From a virus (Duplodnaviria; Caudoviricetes): a DNA stretch of 64,000 bases. The DNA is taken from IMG/VR virus record IMGVR_UViG_3300033068_001704, positions 96,001 to 160,000 of that record. One strand, 5' to 3'. Both the position numbers and the translations under genes were made by a program. How positions within the stretch are numbered: the first letter of the stretch is position 1; every line of letters starts with the position of its first letter. Below the pieces are notes generated by a model. That model did no database searches, was not told the origin of the DNA, and worked only from the letters and a program-made list of their open reading frames with translations. Below are positions 29,232-39,900 of the stretch, in pieces.

Positions 29232-30428
29232 GTGGGCTTCACCCTTCAGGACATCAAGGCCGCGATGGCTCCCATCGCCAACGTTGGCAAGGGGGAACTC
29301 GACTTCGAGGTCAACGGTCTCCGCCTCGTGCTCAGAGCCCTCACTCCGGATGAGGAGATCCAGGTTCAGAAGTACGCCAGGGAGGTGCTCGCGGATGGCG
29401 GGGATGTCTCCGACCAAACCAGCATGCTGGAGTACCTCGACCGGTTCCGATGGGCTTCCCTCGGGTTCAGCCTCATCCAGATCGGGGAGAACGACTTCCG
29501 AGAGGTCGCCACGGTGGAGACTGGGGCCAAGCTGCCGAATGGCACTCCGGTCAAGGTGCATCGTCACGAGGCCTTCCGACAGCTCGTGTCTACATGGGCT
29601 CGGCCGATGCAGACGGCTGTGTTCCGGAAGTTCGGGGAGCTGAACGAGCGGATCGAGCGAGAGGTCGAGGGGGTCATCGAGTTCGACCCGGTGGACTTCG
29701 ATGCTGAGATCGCCCGTGTAGAGGACCGGCTGCGCGAGCTTCGTGAGGAGAAGGCGCGGTACGACGCCCTCGACAACGATCCGCGTACGAGAGATCGGGA
29801 ACAGGCCGCTGGCCGCGCCAAGAAGGCGAAGGCCGCGAAGCAGGATTCGGTCGAAGAGCAGACCAGCACGAACCAGGAGTCGTTCACGGTAGCGACCCCG
29901 GCAGACGTCGAACGGGAGGTCGTCTTCGAGGAAGAGGAGCCCGAGGAGCCGGAAGCCCCGCCGGTAGCGGTGGGCCCGAGAACCCCGGTCTTCGCCCGTC
30001 CTGACATGAAGATGCCGCCTCCGGCCCCGCGTATGTCCAGCCAGGCAGAACCCGAGCCCCAGGCAGCCGTGGAGGCTGAGGACCAGCCGGAGCTTCCCGC
30101 GGAGGACCATCTCCCCGACGTGATGTCGTCTATGGTGGACACGAGCGACCCGGACCAGATGGAACAGGCTGTGGCGGCCGAGACGGCTCGCATCGCGGCC
30201 ATGCGGGCTCGCGCAGCAGGGGCTCGAAAGCCGGCTCCCCACCTCGCTGCAAGGGATGTCGCTCAGGAGGTCGTCGGTCCTACCACGCCCACGCTGGTGG
30301 GGAAGATGGCAGGCACGGACGTCTACAAGATGCCGACGCAGACCCTCACGGATCGGCGCCCTCCCGACAACACGCCTTCCCCCGCCCCGAAGAGCAACGT
30401 CAACCCGCGATTCAAGCCCGCACGTTGA
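29232..30428 (+). CDS. Putative tail assembly chaperone with disordered C-terminus
   Basis: LRALTPDEE motif; lies between tube and tape measure. Confidence 0.6.
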   Translation: MGFTLQDIKAAMAPIANVGKGELDFEVNGLRLVLRALTPDEEIQVQKYAREVLADGGDVSDQTSMLEYLDRFRWASLGFSLIQIGENDFREVATVETGAKLPNGTPVKVHRHEAFRQLVSTWARPMQTAVFRKFGELNERIEREVEGVIEFDPVDFDAEIARVEDRLRELREEKARYDALDNDPRTRDREQAAGRAKKAKAAKQDSVEEQTSTNQESFTVATPADVEREVVFEEEEPEEPEAPPVAVGPRTPVFARPDMKMPPPAPRMSSQAEPEPQAAVEAEDQPELPAEDHLPDVMSSMVDTSDPDQMEQAVAAETARIAAMRARAAGARKPAPHLAARDVAQEVVGPTTPTLVGKMAGTDVYKMPTQTLTDRRPPDNTPSPAPKSNVNPRFKPAR

Positions 30429-30451
30429 ACTCGGACATCTGAGGGCCTGAC

Positions 30452-31648
30452 GTGCTCCCCTCCACGACCAAGGAACAACGGGAGCCGATGTATGACGACC
30501 TGGTCCCTCTGGTCGTCCCTGGGTTCCTCACCACGACGCTTCGGATCGGGGATCTGACGCTCGGGCTGCGCTCACTTTCGACCAACGACACAGGCCTCCT
30601 GAGGCAGTTCGCGAAGGAGAACGGTCCTGACTGGCCGTTCTACCTGGCGGCGGCAAGCATCTGGATGATCGATGGTGTCCCTCTGTTGGAGGGGTACCCG
30701 TACACGTTCAAGACCGCCTTCGACCTCCTCAAGAGGTCGCATCTCTCGGTGGTTCGAGCCATCTTCGCTCAGGCACTTGCGTTCTTCCAGCGGATGCGGA
30801 AGGCGAACCTCGTGTTCGAGTCGTTCCTCTACGAGGAAGATTCGAGGCGCATGTGGGACTCCACGAACGATGGAGTGCACCCGATCCAGCAGCAGGCGGG
30901 TATCCCCGGGGTCGAACGCCTTGGGATGAACTCGTTTCAGTCCTCCTGGATCCAGTGGAATCGGAAGGAGGACACGAAGATCAGCGACGATTACTCGTGG
31001 AGCCTGACGAAGGTTCTCGTGTCGGTCCAGTCTGGGAAGTCGGGGAAGAAGCTCGACGAGAAGGACAAGACACGGATCGCGGGTGAGAAGAGCCGGCGTT
31101 CTGCGGTTCAAGATCGTGCGTACTACATGTGGCGCGGACTCGTCAGCCCTGACGGGGAGATGAAGGACAGCGATGTCCCCACGGTCCATCAGCCTCGGTC
31201 GGCCGCTGAGCTGGCAGAGGAGATGCGCCGCTGGGTCTCCGGCGAGAAGGATTTCCACGACAAGGTCGTCGAGGAGTACAAGGACCGCGTACGCCTGGAG
31301 ATGGAGCGGAGCGAGCGGGACAAGGAAGAGCGCGCTGCACGAGCACGCGAGCGCGCCACGGTGAACGAACAGGCCGGGAGACCGGCCCTCGTCGCCTACA
31401 CGGCGGAGCAGCTTTCAGAGCTTCGTCCGAAGAACGCGAAGGCTGGGGCGAAGTTCATCGTCGAGGCCGACCCGGTCGCCCGGACGTTCAACCGCTACCT
31501 CAGGGACGAGCCGGACGCAGGGGCGCTTGCGGTCGAGGGGGGTCGGGTAGTCAATAGCCGCCCTCTTACAGGCCAGGAAGAGGGGGCCCCTCGACCCTCT
31601 CTGAACGAGATGATCGCAAGCCGCAAGCCGGTCCTACCTAATGGCTAA
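30452..31648 (+). CDS. Putative second tail assembly chaperone
   Basis: LRSLS motif; immediately upstream of and overlapping the tape measure gene. Confidence 0.55.
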   Translation: MLPSTTKEQREPMYDDLVPLVVPGFLTTTLRIGDLTLGLRSLSTNDTGLLRQFAKENGPDWPFYLAAASIWMIDGVPLLEGYPYTFKTAFDLLKRSHLSVVRAIFAQALAFFQRMRKANLVFESFLYEEDSRRMWDSTNDGVHPIQQQAGIPGVERLGMNSFQSSWIQWNRKEDTKISDDYSWSLTKVLVSVQSGKSGKKLDEKDKTRIAGEKSRRSAVQDRAYYMWRGLVSPDGEMKDSDVPTVHQPRSAAELAEEMRRWVSGEKDFHDKVVEEYKDRVRLEMERSERDKEERAARARERATVNEQAGRPALVAYTAEQLSELRPKNAKAGAKFIVEADPVARTFNRYLRDEPDAGALAVEGGRVVNSRPLTGQEEGAPRPSLNEMIASRKPVLPNG

Positions 31649-34600
31649 GCCGAACGTCAGTGACCACGTAGTCCGGCTACAAACGGACTTCAAGGACTTC
31701 GTCCGGGACGCGAAGCGTGCCGGTGAGAAGTCTGGTGACTTGATCGCGAAGTCGATCGAGCAGGGTGTCAAGCATCGTTTCGTCAACGGCTTCATGAAGG
31801 AAGTCCGCACGGCGGACAAGAAGCGTCGCGAAATCGAGAAGCGGTTCCACGTCTACTCGGAGACGCTGGATGCGAAGCGCACGGGCAAGGTCACCCAGCA
31901 GCTCTCGGAGAACGCGAAGGAACTCGCGAAGCTCAACGCGGAACTCTCGAAGCGCAACATCGACCGGGAGACGAAGGAGCGGAAGGAAGCAGAGCGGGAC
32001 GTCTACCGCGAGAAGCTCCGACTTCTGGAGAAGCTCCACGACGAGTCGATCGGGGAGGATGCCCTCGTCGAGTCGTTGAAGAAGGCTCACGCTGAGATGG
32101 ACTCCCTCGTCGCCGACCAGGCGCGAGCTGCGCGGAGCATGGACCGCGCGACTGAGAAGATGACCCGCGGCTCTCAGCGCGCCGCGGACTTCATGAAGCG
32201 GTTCCGCCGAGACGCGACGAAGGGGGCGGACGACTTCGCAGAGAGCCTCCAGGGCAGCCTCTCTGGACTTCAGGGGAAGCTCACCGGCAGCCTCGACCTC
32301 GGGTCCATGGTCTCTGGTGGAGCTGGGGCACTCGGGAAGGGTGCCGGGGGTCTGAGCGAGATCCTTGGTGGTGTTGGGGCAGGTGGCGGTGCCTTCGCTT
32401 CCTTGGCCAAGGGGGCGTCCGGGCTCTTGATGGTCCTGGGGCCGTTGACTGTTGCTCTCGGGATGTTCGCCTCCCTCATGTTCGAGATGGACAAGGGGAT
32501 CAAGGAGTTCAACAAGGGGGCCGTCAACACCTTCGGAACGCGCGGGGTGATGAACCTCGGGATGAAGACGCTCGATGAGAACCTCCGAGTGCTCAGGCAC
32601 TCGACGCAGGATCTGACGGCGAGCCTCGGGCTCACAGAGCAGGAAGCCCTCGGTGTCTTCGACGCGTTCGACGCGGGTGGCGTGACGTTCAGGCGCCTGA
32701 CGGGAGGGGTCGAGGACGCGACCAAGGCACAGCAGCGTCTCCAGAGCACCCTGCGGGCAACCGCATCGACGGCGAAGGCCCTCGGGGTGGGCGTCAACGA
32801 ATTCACCGGGACTCTGACGGAGTACATGGATACCCTCGCGTTCTCCTTGGAGGACGTCACGGGGCAGTTCGCGATGGTCTCCAAGCAGGCGCAGGAGGCT
32901 GGTTTCTCGACGCGCCGGTTCTACTCGCTGATCGTTCAGGCGACCTCGGGTCAGGCCTCTCTCAACACGCGCCTCGACCAGACGGCCGAGCTGCTCGTCC
33001 GCATGAGCAAGGTGCTCGGCGAGAAGGGGGCGGCGGAGGCCCTCGGTGGGGCGGCAGGGTCCTTCAAGGACATGGGCACGTCCGATCGCTATCGGATGAT
33101 GATGACCACCGGAACCGGTCGAACGAAGGAGACGATCGCGAGGAGCGCGCAGACCCAGGCGGCGAACTTCCTGACGCGAGACGACCTCGACAAGGGCGCT
33201 CTTCTGAGTGCGATGAAGGACTCGGGGGTCAACCTCTCTGGGGGGGCGCTCTCGGACTCGAAGACCCTTGTGTCCGAGCTGGCCTCGATGACTCGGACCG
33301 ATCAGGCCAAGCTCATCGCAGCGATCACCTCTTCGAGCGACAAGACGATCCAGTCTCAGGGGCGAGCCCTCAGCCAGCTCGTGACCGTCACACGCGGGAC
33401 CTCTGGGTCGATGGCCGACATGAGCGATGCGCTCTCTGCGCTCGACCCTGGGGCTACGATCGCGATGAAGCTCCAGAGCGCGATGGCTGTGCTCGGGAGG
33501 CCCATCCACGAACTCACCGGCGTGCAGCGCATGGCCGCCGAGCAGATCACGGGCATGAGCGGGGCCCAGTTCGAGCAGTACCAGGCGATGGCCGCTCAGG
33601 CGGAGGGGAGCTTCGGGATCCTCACCTCGATCCGCGACAGCGGAGTCGATGCGTCGGATCGAGAGTCGGAGCTTCTTGAGCGCTTCGGGGCGAAGATCGA
33701 GGACGGGAAGATCATCGCGGAGAACGGGCAGGAAGTCACCTCGTCGATGGACCTGCTGACCTCTCTCGCTGAGCGGGACCAGGTCAAGGTCGCCGACGTG
33801 ATGGATGAGAATCTCGGACTCGCCTACGAGTCCTTCGACGCGACCGTCACGATCGCCGACATCCTGGAGAACAAGATCCTGTTCTACCTCCGGGGTCTCT
33901 ACGAAGACATCGGGCAGCCGATGTTGATGTGGATCCAGAAGACCCTCGGGCTCGGTGGTTCCAGCGATGCTCGTCAGGCGTCGATCAGCGCGCGGGCTGC
34001 TCTCCGAAACGAGATCGAGACCCAGCAGGGGAGAGCATCCTCGGCGAGCAAGACCGTGTCCTCCTTGGAGGTCGCGGAGAGGCGGGGTTCGCTCACGGAT
34101 GAGCAGAAGACCGCTCTGGAAGAAGCACGGCGCGTCCAGGCAGAGGCTCAGGCAGTCGTCTCGGCGGGCACGCTGGAACTTCGGAAGCAGTCGTCTGGTG
34201 ACTTCAGCAGCCTGACTGGGACGAAGCAGGTTCGGGTCGAGGGCCGGAGAATCGGGGGGATGGCCGCCGCGCGATCCGGTCTGGACTCCGCTGGGGCTGG
34301 TCCGACGATGCGGTCGGAGTCCTACACGCTCTCCCCCGAAGAACTTCTCAAGCAGGTGCGGTCGAGGGCCGGGGCATCCGTTGCTTCTTCCCATGCAATC
34401 ACGGGGGGCTCTGGGGCAACGCCCACGGCCACCTCGAAGGCCGCCGCAGAGACCACGGCAGAGGTCACGGATGCGATGGTTGCCTCCGGCGACACGGTCG
34501 CTGAGACCACGCGCGAGGAGTCGGTAGAGACGCGGAAGACGCTTGAGGTCGAGGGGAAGGACACCCGAGACCACCTCACGAAGGTTCTTACGAGAGAGAC

Positions 34601-35144
34601 CAAGCTCGGGAACGCACTCGCGAGAAGCGATCTGCCGGACGCGATCGTCGCGGCTCAGATGAAGCAGCAGCTCATGTCGCTGGGGTACGCGGCTGGGTTG
34701 GACCAGACCGAGGTGACCGAGGCGATCGACACGTACTTCTCGGAAGGCAAGCTCAGCTCGAAGCTACACGCTGGACTTCAAAGTCAGGGCGGGTTCGAGG
34801 ATGGATCTCCGCTCTCGGGGATGATGTCCTCGCTCGGGATCATGCCGGGCGCGCGGGGTGCTGGCCGGCATGGGTTGGACCGGCACCGGTCTATCGTCGA
34901 GGAAGAGGGCGTCGAGGACTTCATCTACCGTGGGGATGGGATCCGAGGATCGATCACTCCCATCGACTCGGGCGACGAGTTCTTCGGGGCCAAGCGCGGG
35001 GGTCCGATCGATCGAGCGACAGGCGGTGGCGGTAACGTCGTCAACATCAGCATCCATGGGGATGAAGGCCGAATCTTCTCGGTGGTGAAGCGCGTCCTTC
35101 AGACGTCCGGAATCGGACCGGGAAGAGTGTCCTCACGTGCCTGA
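31641..35144 (+). CDS. Tape measure protein
   Basis: 1167 aa, helical and A/G/S-rich, hydrophobic segment, C-terminal GGNVVNISIHG; gene order. Confidence 0.85.
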   Translation: MAKPNVSDHVVRLQTDFKDFVRDAKRAGEKSGDLIAKSIEQGVKHRFVNGFMKEVRTADKKRREIEKRFHVYSETLDAKRTGKVTQQLSENAKELAKLNAELSKRNIDRETKERKEAERDVYREKLRLLEKLHDESIGEDALVESLKKAHAEMDSLVADQARAARSMDRATEKMTRGSQRAADFMKRFRRDATKGADDFAESLQGSLSGLQGKLTGSLDLGSMVSGGAGALGKGAGGLSEILGGVGAGGGAFASLAKGASGLLMVLGPLTVALGMFASLMFEMDKGIKEFNKGAVNTFGTRGVMNLGMKTLDENLRVLRHSTQDLTASLGLTEQEALGVFDAFDAGGVTFRRLTGGVEDATKAQQRLQSTLRATASTAKALGVGVNEFTGTLTEYMDTLAFSLEDVTGQFAMVSKQAQEAGFSTRRFYSLIVQATSGQASLNTRLDQTAELLVRMSKVLGEKGAAEALGGAAGSFKDMGTSDRYRMMMTTGTGRTKETIARSAQTQAANFLTRDDLDKGALLSAMKDSGVNLSGGALSDSKTLVSELASMTRTDQAKLIAAITSSSDKTIQSQGRALSQLVTVTRGTSGSMADMSDALSALDPGATIAMKLQSAMAVLGRPIHELTGVQRMAAEQITGMSGAQFEQYQAMAAQAEGSFGILTSIRDSGVDASDRESELLERFGAKIEDGKIIAENGQEVTSSMDLLTSLAERDQVKVADVMDENLGLAYESFDATVTIADILENKILFYLRGLYEDIGQPMLMWIQKTLGLGGSSDARQASISARAALRNEIETQQGRASSASKTVSSLEVAERRGSLTDEQKTALEEARRVQAEAQAVVSAGTLELRKQSSGDFSSLTGTKQVRVEGRRIGGMAAARSGLDSAGAGPTMRSESYTLSPEELLKQVRSRAGASVASSHAITGGSGATPTATSKAAAETTAEVTDAMVASGDTVAETTREESVETRKTLEVEGKDTRDHLTKVLTRETKLGNALARSDLPDAIVAAQMKQQLMSLGYAAGLDQTEVTEAIDTYFSEGKLSSKLHAGLQSQGGFEDGSPLSGMMSSLGIMPGARGAGRHGLDRHRSIVEEEGVEDFIYRGDGIRGSITPIDSGDEFFGAKRGGPIDRATGGGGNVVNISIHGDEGRIFSVVKRVLQTSGIGPGRVSSRA

Positions 35145-35790
35145 TCGTCGCTCCGTGGTCCGTTCGGCGTTCAACTCCGCTCAGGATGGGCTCCTGGGTC
35201 TCGGGAAGCGTCCTGTCGTATTCGACATCATCGCCCCGGACAAGCGAACCTCGCTCCTCGGTGATCTGAAGCTCGTGCTTCACGTCAACCCGAGTACGAT
35301 GCAGATCTCCTACACCAAGGTCGTGGAACGCCTCCAGACGATGGGGGGTTTCGTAGAGCAGCACTGGGGCCAGGCCCCTTCGGAGATCAGCCTCACGGGC
35401 GCGACGGGAGGCTTCGTTCGGTTGTTCTCCGGGTTGTCGAACATCACCGGTCCGACTCCCTCGAACCCCGACGTCCTCCCGACGACGATGCAGGCGCAGA
35501 CGGTGGGTGGGACCCGGCGAGACACGATCGCGTACGACAAGTACCTCGACTTCCTCGCGATGTACAAGAACAACGGGTCGATCTACGACACGAACGGGAA
35601 CGTGGCCCTCCAGGGTCAGATCCTGATGATGTTCGACGGCGGGATGTGGTGGGGGTACTTCACTGATTTCGGGGTGGAGGAGACGGCAGAGCAGCCGTAC
35701 CAGTTCTCCATCACCGCCACGTTTCAGGTCGAGAGGGAGAAGCATCTCCTCCGCACGATCAACACTCCCATCTCTCCGACGGGGGGGTGA
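35137..35790 (+). CDS. Baseplate tube-initiator-like protein
   Basis: LHVNPSTMQISY..T.GG..EQHWG..ISLTG; G.F..F..EE..PYQF. Confidence 0.7.
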   Translation: MPDRRSVVRSAFNSAQDGLLGLGKRPVVFDIIAPDKRTSLLGDLKLVLHVNPSTMQISYTKVVERLQTMGGFVEQHWGQAPSEISLTGATGGFVRLFSGLSNITGPTPSNPDVLPTTMQAQTVGGTRRDTIAYDKYLDFLAMYKNNGSIYDTNGNVALQGQILMMFDGGMWWGYFTDFGVEETAEQPYQFSITATFQVEREKHLLRTINTPISPTGG

Positions 35791-35793
35791 TCC

Positions 35794-36996
35794 GTGCCGA
35801 ATCCGACCCAGCCCGCCCGCTACTTCCAGGGGCTTCCGACAGGACCCGCGTTCGAGCGTGAGTACGAGATCCAGGAGACGATCCCGATCGATGGGTCGAA
35901 GGGGAATCTCCGGGGCTACTCGCCGTTCGTCATGCGTACGCTTCCGCCGACGATTCTCGGCGACAGCCTGAACATCCTTCAGGCAAGCCCCCCGTCCTCT
36001 CAGGAGACCCGGGGTCGCCGGGACTTCGCGGGGGCCATCCGATCTCTCGACCAGTCGAGCCCCTCCGCAGATACCTACCGACAGCTCGTCAATCGGGGGG
36101 AGACGATCCCTGGGTTGACCGCAGCGAGTGTCAGGGACATCGACCAGGCGATCTCGAACTCGGCTCGGAACCAGTCCATCGCTCAGACTGCCGGGGCCAG
36201 AGTCGTTCCGGCCGTCACAAATGACGCAACGGCTCTCTCGATCATCCTCCAGCTCAAGAGGCTCATCGAGGTCCCCCCACTCGTGCTCCTGATCAACCCC
36301 ACGAGCTTCTCGGTTCGCCACCAGAAGATCGCTCAGTTCCAGGAGCGGAGCCGGTACGGGTACATCTACCAGGTCTGGGGAGAGGAGCTGGCGAAGGTAT
36401 CGTTCTCTTGCACCATCGGCGCGTTTATCGCGGGGAAGACGTCCCCGACTCAGCGGGTCGCTTCAGGTGTTCAGTACGCGTCGAAGAGAGACTCGGCTTC
36501 GTTCCAGCAGCTCATGGCAGTGCTCGCGGTCTATCAGAGCAGCGGGCAGATCCAGGACCTGAATGGGAACGCAACAGGTCGTGCTTCGAGAGCCAACCTC
36601 ATGGTCGGGAACACAGCCATCGAGTACGACAACAACGTCTACGTCGGACACATGGACTCATTCTCCTACTCGGAGGAAGAGACGCTCCAGGGTGGCGGGA
36701 TGAAGTTCGAGATCGAGTTCACGGCCGTGAAGATGTTCGATGTCGCCGAATCGAAAGTCTCGTTGACCCCACTGAACTCCCCGAACAACGCATACAATCC
36801 GTCTGCTGCGGTGACCGCTTCGCAGGGGTCGCGGTTGTCTCGGACCTTCCTGGGCTCCGGCGGGACGCAGCTCCTCACGGCCCCGACGGTTGGGACTCAG
36901 GGCAGTTCCGATCCCCCGCAGCCTTGGGCGGGGGAGGCCGTGGTGGTGGAAGACACAGAACAGACGGGCGTCGTGGTCACGACCCGACGCAGGTGA
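35794..36996 (+). CDS. Second tube-initiator-like paralog
   Basis: LLINPTSFSV..QVWGEE..VSFS; YVGHMDSFSYSE..FEIEF. Confidence 0.65.
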   Translation: MPNPTQPARYFQGLPTGPAFEREYEIQETIPIDGSKGNLRGYSPFVMRTLPPTILGDSLNILQASPPSSQETRGRRDFAGAIRSLDQSSPSADTYRQLVNRGETIPGLTAASVRDIDQAISNSARNQSIAQTAGARVVPAVTNDATALSIILQLKRLIEVPPLVLLINPTSFSVRHQKIAQFQERSRYGYIYQVWGEELAKVSFSCTIGAFIAGKTSPTQRVASGVQYASKRDSASFQQLMAVLAVYQSSGQIQDLNGNATGRASRANLMVGNTAIEYDNNVYVGHMDSFSYSEEETLQGGGMKFEIEFTAVKMFDVAESKVSLTPLNSPNNAYNPSAAVTASQGSRLSRTFLGSGGTQLLTAPTVGTQGSSDPPQPWAGEAVVVEDTEQTGVVVTTRRR

Positions 36997-36999
36997 TTC

Positions 37000-39900
37000 A
37001 TGGGACTCCTCGACCGCCCCTATGCCGGCACATGGTCTCCGAACAAGCGGAAGATCGTCCAGTACACGCCCGACGCCCTCGTCTACCTGAACGGGGACAC
37101 GTCCCTCTCAGGATGCCGGCTGTGCCGACACAACATCGACATCCAGCAGTTCGTCACGTCGCTCTCTGTTGATGCGGGGATCGATCCCGGTGCGGCGTCG
37201 GCGAGCGTGACGCTCTCGATCCCGAAGAGCTACGGGGACTCGTTGTTCCGAGATGGGAACACGCTCCTTCGGAACGGGCTGGAGGTCCACATCTACTTCC
37301 GCGGGTACTTCCCGATGGCGGGGATGGCGGACCCGTCCGAAGAGGTCGCCGGGATCAAGCTCGGAGACGTCCCTCAGTACCCGTACTACCCCGGATTCCA
37401 TGGGGTGGTGACCCAGGTTTCCCATGAGTATTCGGGGGGTTACTACTCCGCGTCCCTGACCTGCGCGGGCATGCTGCACTTCTGGCAGTACATGCAGATC
37501 GCGTCGAACGGCGCAGCCTTCGGCGCGCGACCCACGAACTCCGGGGTTCGCACCAACCTCCGTGGCCACGTCTTCACGGGCATGAGCCCGTTCTCAATCA
37601 TCTACAGCCTCTACCGGGACACGGCTGGCGCCGCGGCAGGCGTTGGGTTCGCCCTCCAGAGCCGCACCAACTACCGCACGGTCTCGTCGGCGACCGGGGA
37701 TTCCCTGTACGCGTCGATGCTCCGGTACTGGGAGCGCCGCTTCATGCAGCGGATGTATGGGCTCCGGATGCACGGCGCCTCGGGGCAGCTCTTCAGTGCG
37801 AGCCAGCAGGCGTATCTCGCCCGTCTTGGTGGTGGGGATGCCCGAGTTCTTTCTCTCGTTTCTCAGAGAGCTTCGACGGCGTCCGACCCCCTCGCCAACA
37901 GCGCCGCGGAGCTTGGCCTCATCGATCGTGACGGTGATGGTCGCATCCTGCGCGGGCTCGACGCTCGATTCCTTGCCAGCTCGGGTGGGGGTCGGGGCGA
38001 CTACGGCGTGGTCGTCCCTCAGATGCAGGCCTTCGTCAACGACATCTCCCAGTTCGGGCAGGTCAACCTGTTCGAGTCCACGTACGAATCGAAGCTCGAC
38101 ATCGCGACGCAGGTCGCGAACATCTGCGGCTACGAGTTCTACCAGGACATGGACGGGGATCTCGTCTTCAAGCCGCCTCTCTACAACCTCGACACGTCAT
38201 CCTCTCGGGTCTACCGGATCGAGCCCGAGGACATCATGTCGATCTCCTTCACGGAGAGCGAGCCGGAGGCGACCTACGCGACGGTCAGCGGAGGTCCGTT
38301 CCAGAACCTGCGTGGCGCAGTGGATCAGGCCGAGTGGGGTGTCCGCTCGACGTACGTGGACTACCGTCTCGTCGCCCAGTTCGGGTGGCGCGAGGGGTCT
38401 CTTCAGTCGAACTACTACTCGAACGCCAGGTCCGCCTACTACGCGGCGGTGGCTCAGCTCGACAAGCTGAATCAGGGGATGAACTCGGCTTCGGTGACGA
38501 TCCCCCTCCGTCCGGAGCTTCGTCAGGGGTTCCCGGTCTACATCCCGCACATCGACTGTTTCTACTACGTTCAGTCGATCAGCCATTCGTTCACGTTCGG
38601 CGGGTCGTGCACGACCACGTTGAATCTCGTGGCGCGCCGTCGGAAGTTCATCCCTCCGGGTGAACGGGATGGCGAGAGCATCAACTCGATCAAGCTCGAT
38701 CGCCTCAACCTCGCCCCTCGCGCGCTCCAGTACCTGGACAACAGCGGGGTTCCTCGCATCCTCGGGTTCCCGAACGTCGTGATGGCGTTGGACCCGACGC
38801 GGATCAACCCCCTGTTCTTCGTCTTCGGGCTGGACGCCGAAGAGGCCGGCGTCACGGGGCGTGGTCGAGGTGGGATCGAGACGGCAGAGGCTCGACAGGA
38901 ACAGCTCGCCACGAACTTCTCGCAGCTCCTGATTCAGGAGGGTGTCCTGGGTCTGGGGAGCCCTGAATCAGACCTGGACACGTTCGATGGGGACATCACG
39001 GTCGATGCGGAGGGTCGGATCACGTCCGCCACCGAGATCGCAGGGCGAGAACAGGCTCAGACGGCTGCTCCCGTCACGGGATCATCCGCGTCCGGTCAGG
39101 ATCCCGTGCTCGGCCCCTGGTTCATCCAGGCGGATGACTTCCGAGGGCGGCAGGTCACGGCAGATCAGCTTCGAGAAGGACTGATCAGTCTTGTCCAGGT
39201 TCGAGGACGGGTCCGAGGTCGGATCGCCCGAGTCCAGCGAGATATCCGGAGCCGTGAGGCTCAGCTCTCCAGGAGTGGGACGGCGCCCTCCGCACAGGAA
39301 GGTCTCACGGTCGAGATCGCAGATCTCCGACGCGAGGCGAGCACCCTCAACGAGTTCCTTGCTGGGGAAGCTTCGATCGGAGCTGTTCAGACCGCGAATG
39401 CCGGACTGGTCCAGGGGGTGGCAGACGTGGAGTCGGTCACGCTCGTGAACTTCCTCCTGAGCCGTGTCCGTCAGCCGAACCCTGGAACTGCCAGTCGGGA
39501 CATGTCGGTGGATGCGACGGGGGCGCTCAACGACTCGGCGACCATCCTCGACATCCTCGGAGACCGGAAGGCATCCCTTGGGATCAACGTTCCGGGCTAC
39601 TACAGGTACTACTCCTCGGCTCATCCCGATCCTGTACAGCAGGGCTATGCTCCTCTGACCTCCGCGGACGCAACGTCGGAAGAGGGCGAGATCCCGGAAG
39701 GTTCGGAAGACGACCCGAGTGCTGGGTCCGACCTCCGAACGGTGGGCATCGTGGCTCTGACGGGGGAAGACGCAGAGTCTCTCGGGGAGGATGAGCTTCG
39801 AGACTTCGTACAGCTCCAGAACGTCATCCCGGTCAACGGGCTGAATGTGCGGACGTTCGCGTCCCAGGAGCCGACGCCCACTCCGACGGATCAGATCTAC

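Noticed and set aside
30400-30460. Programmed -1 frameshift joining the two tail chaperones (lambda G/GT type)
   Set aside because: An in-frame TGA at 30440-30442 closes the downstream frame after the first gene ends, and no slippery heptamer is seen
22015-36467. RVAS in the FmdB-like protein and in the 35794 ORF as further tags
   Set aside because: They lie inside folded domains rather than at termini or linkers; likely chance
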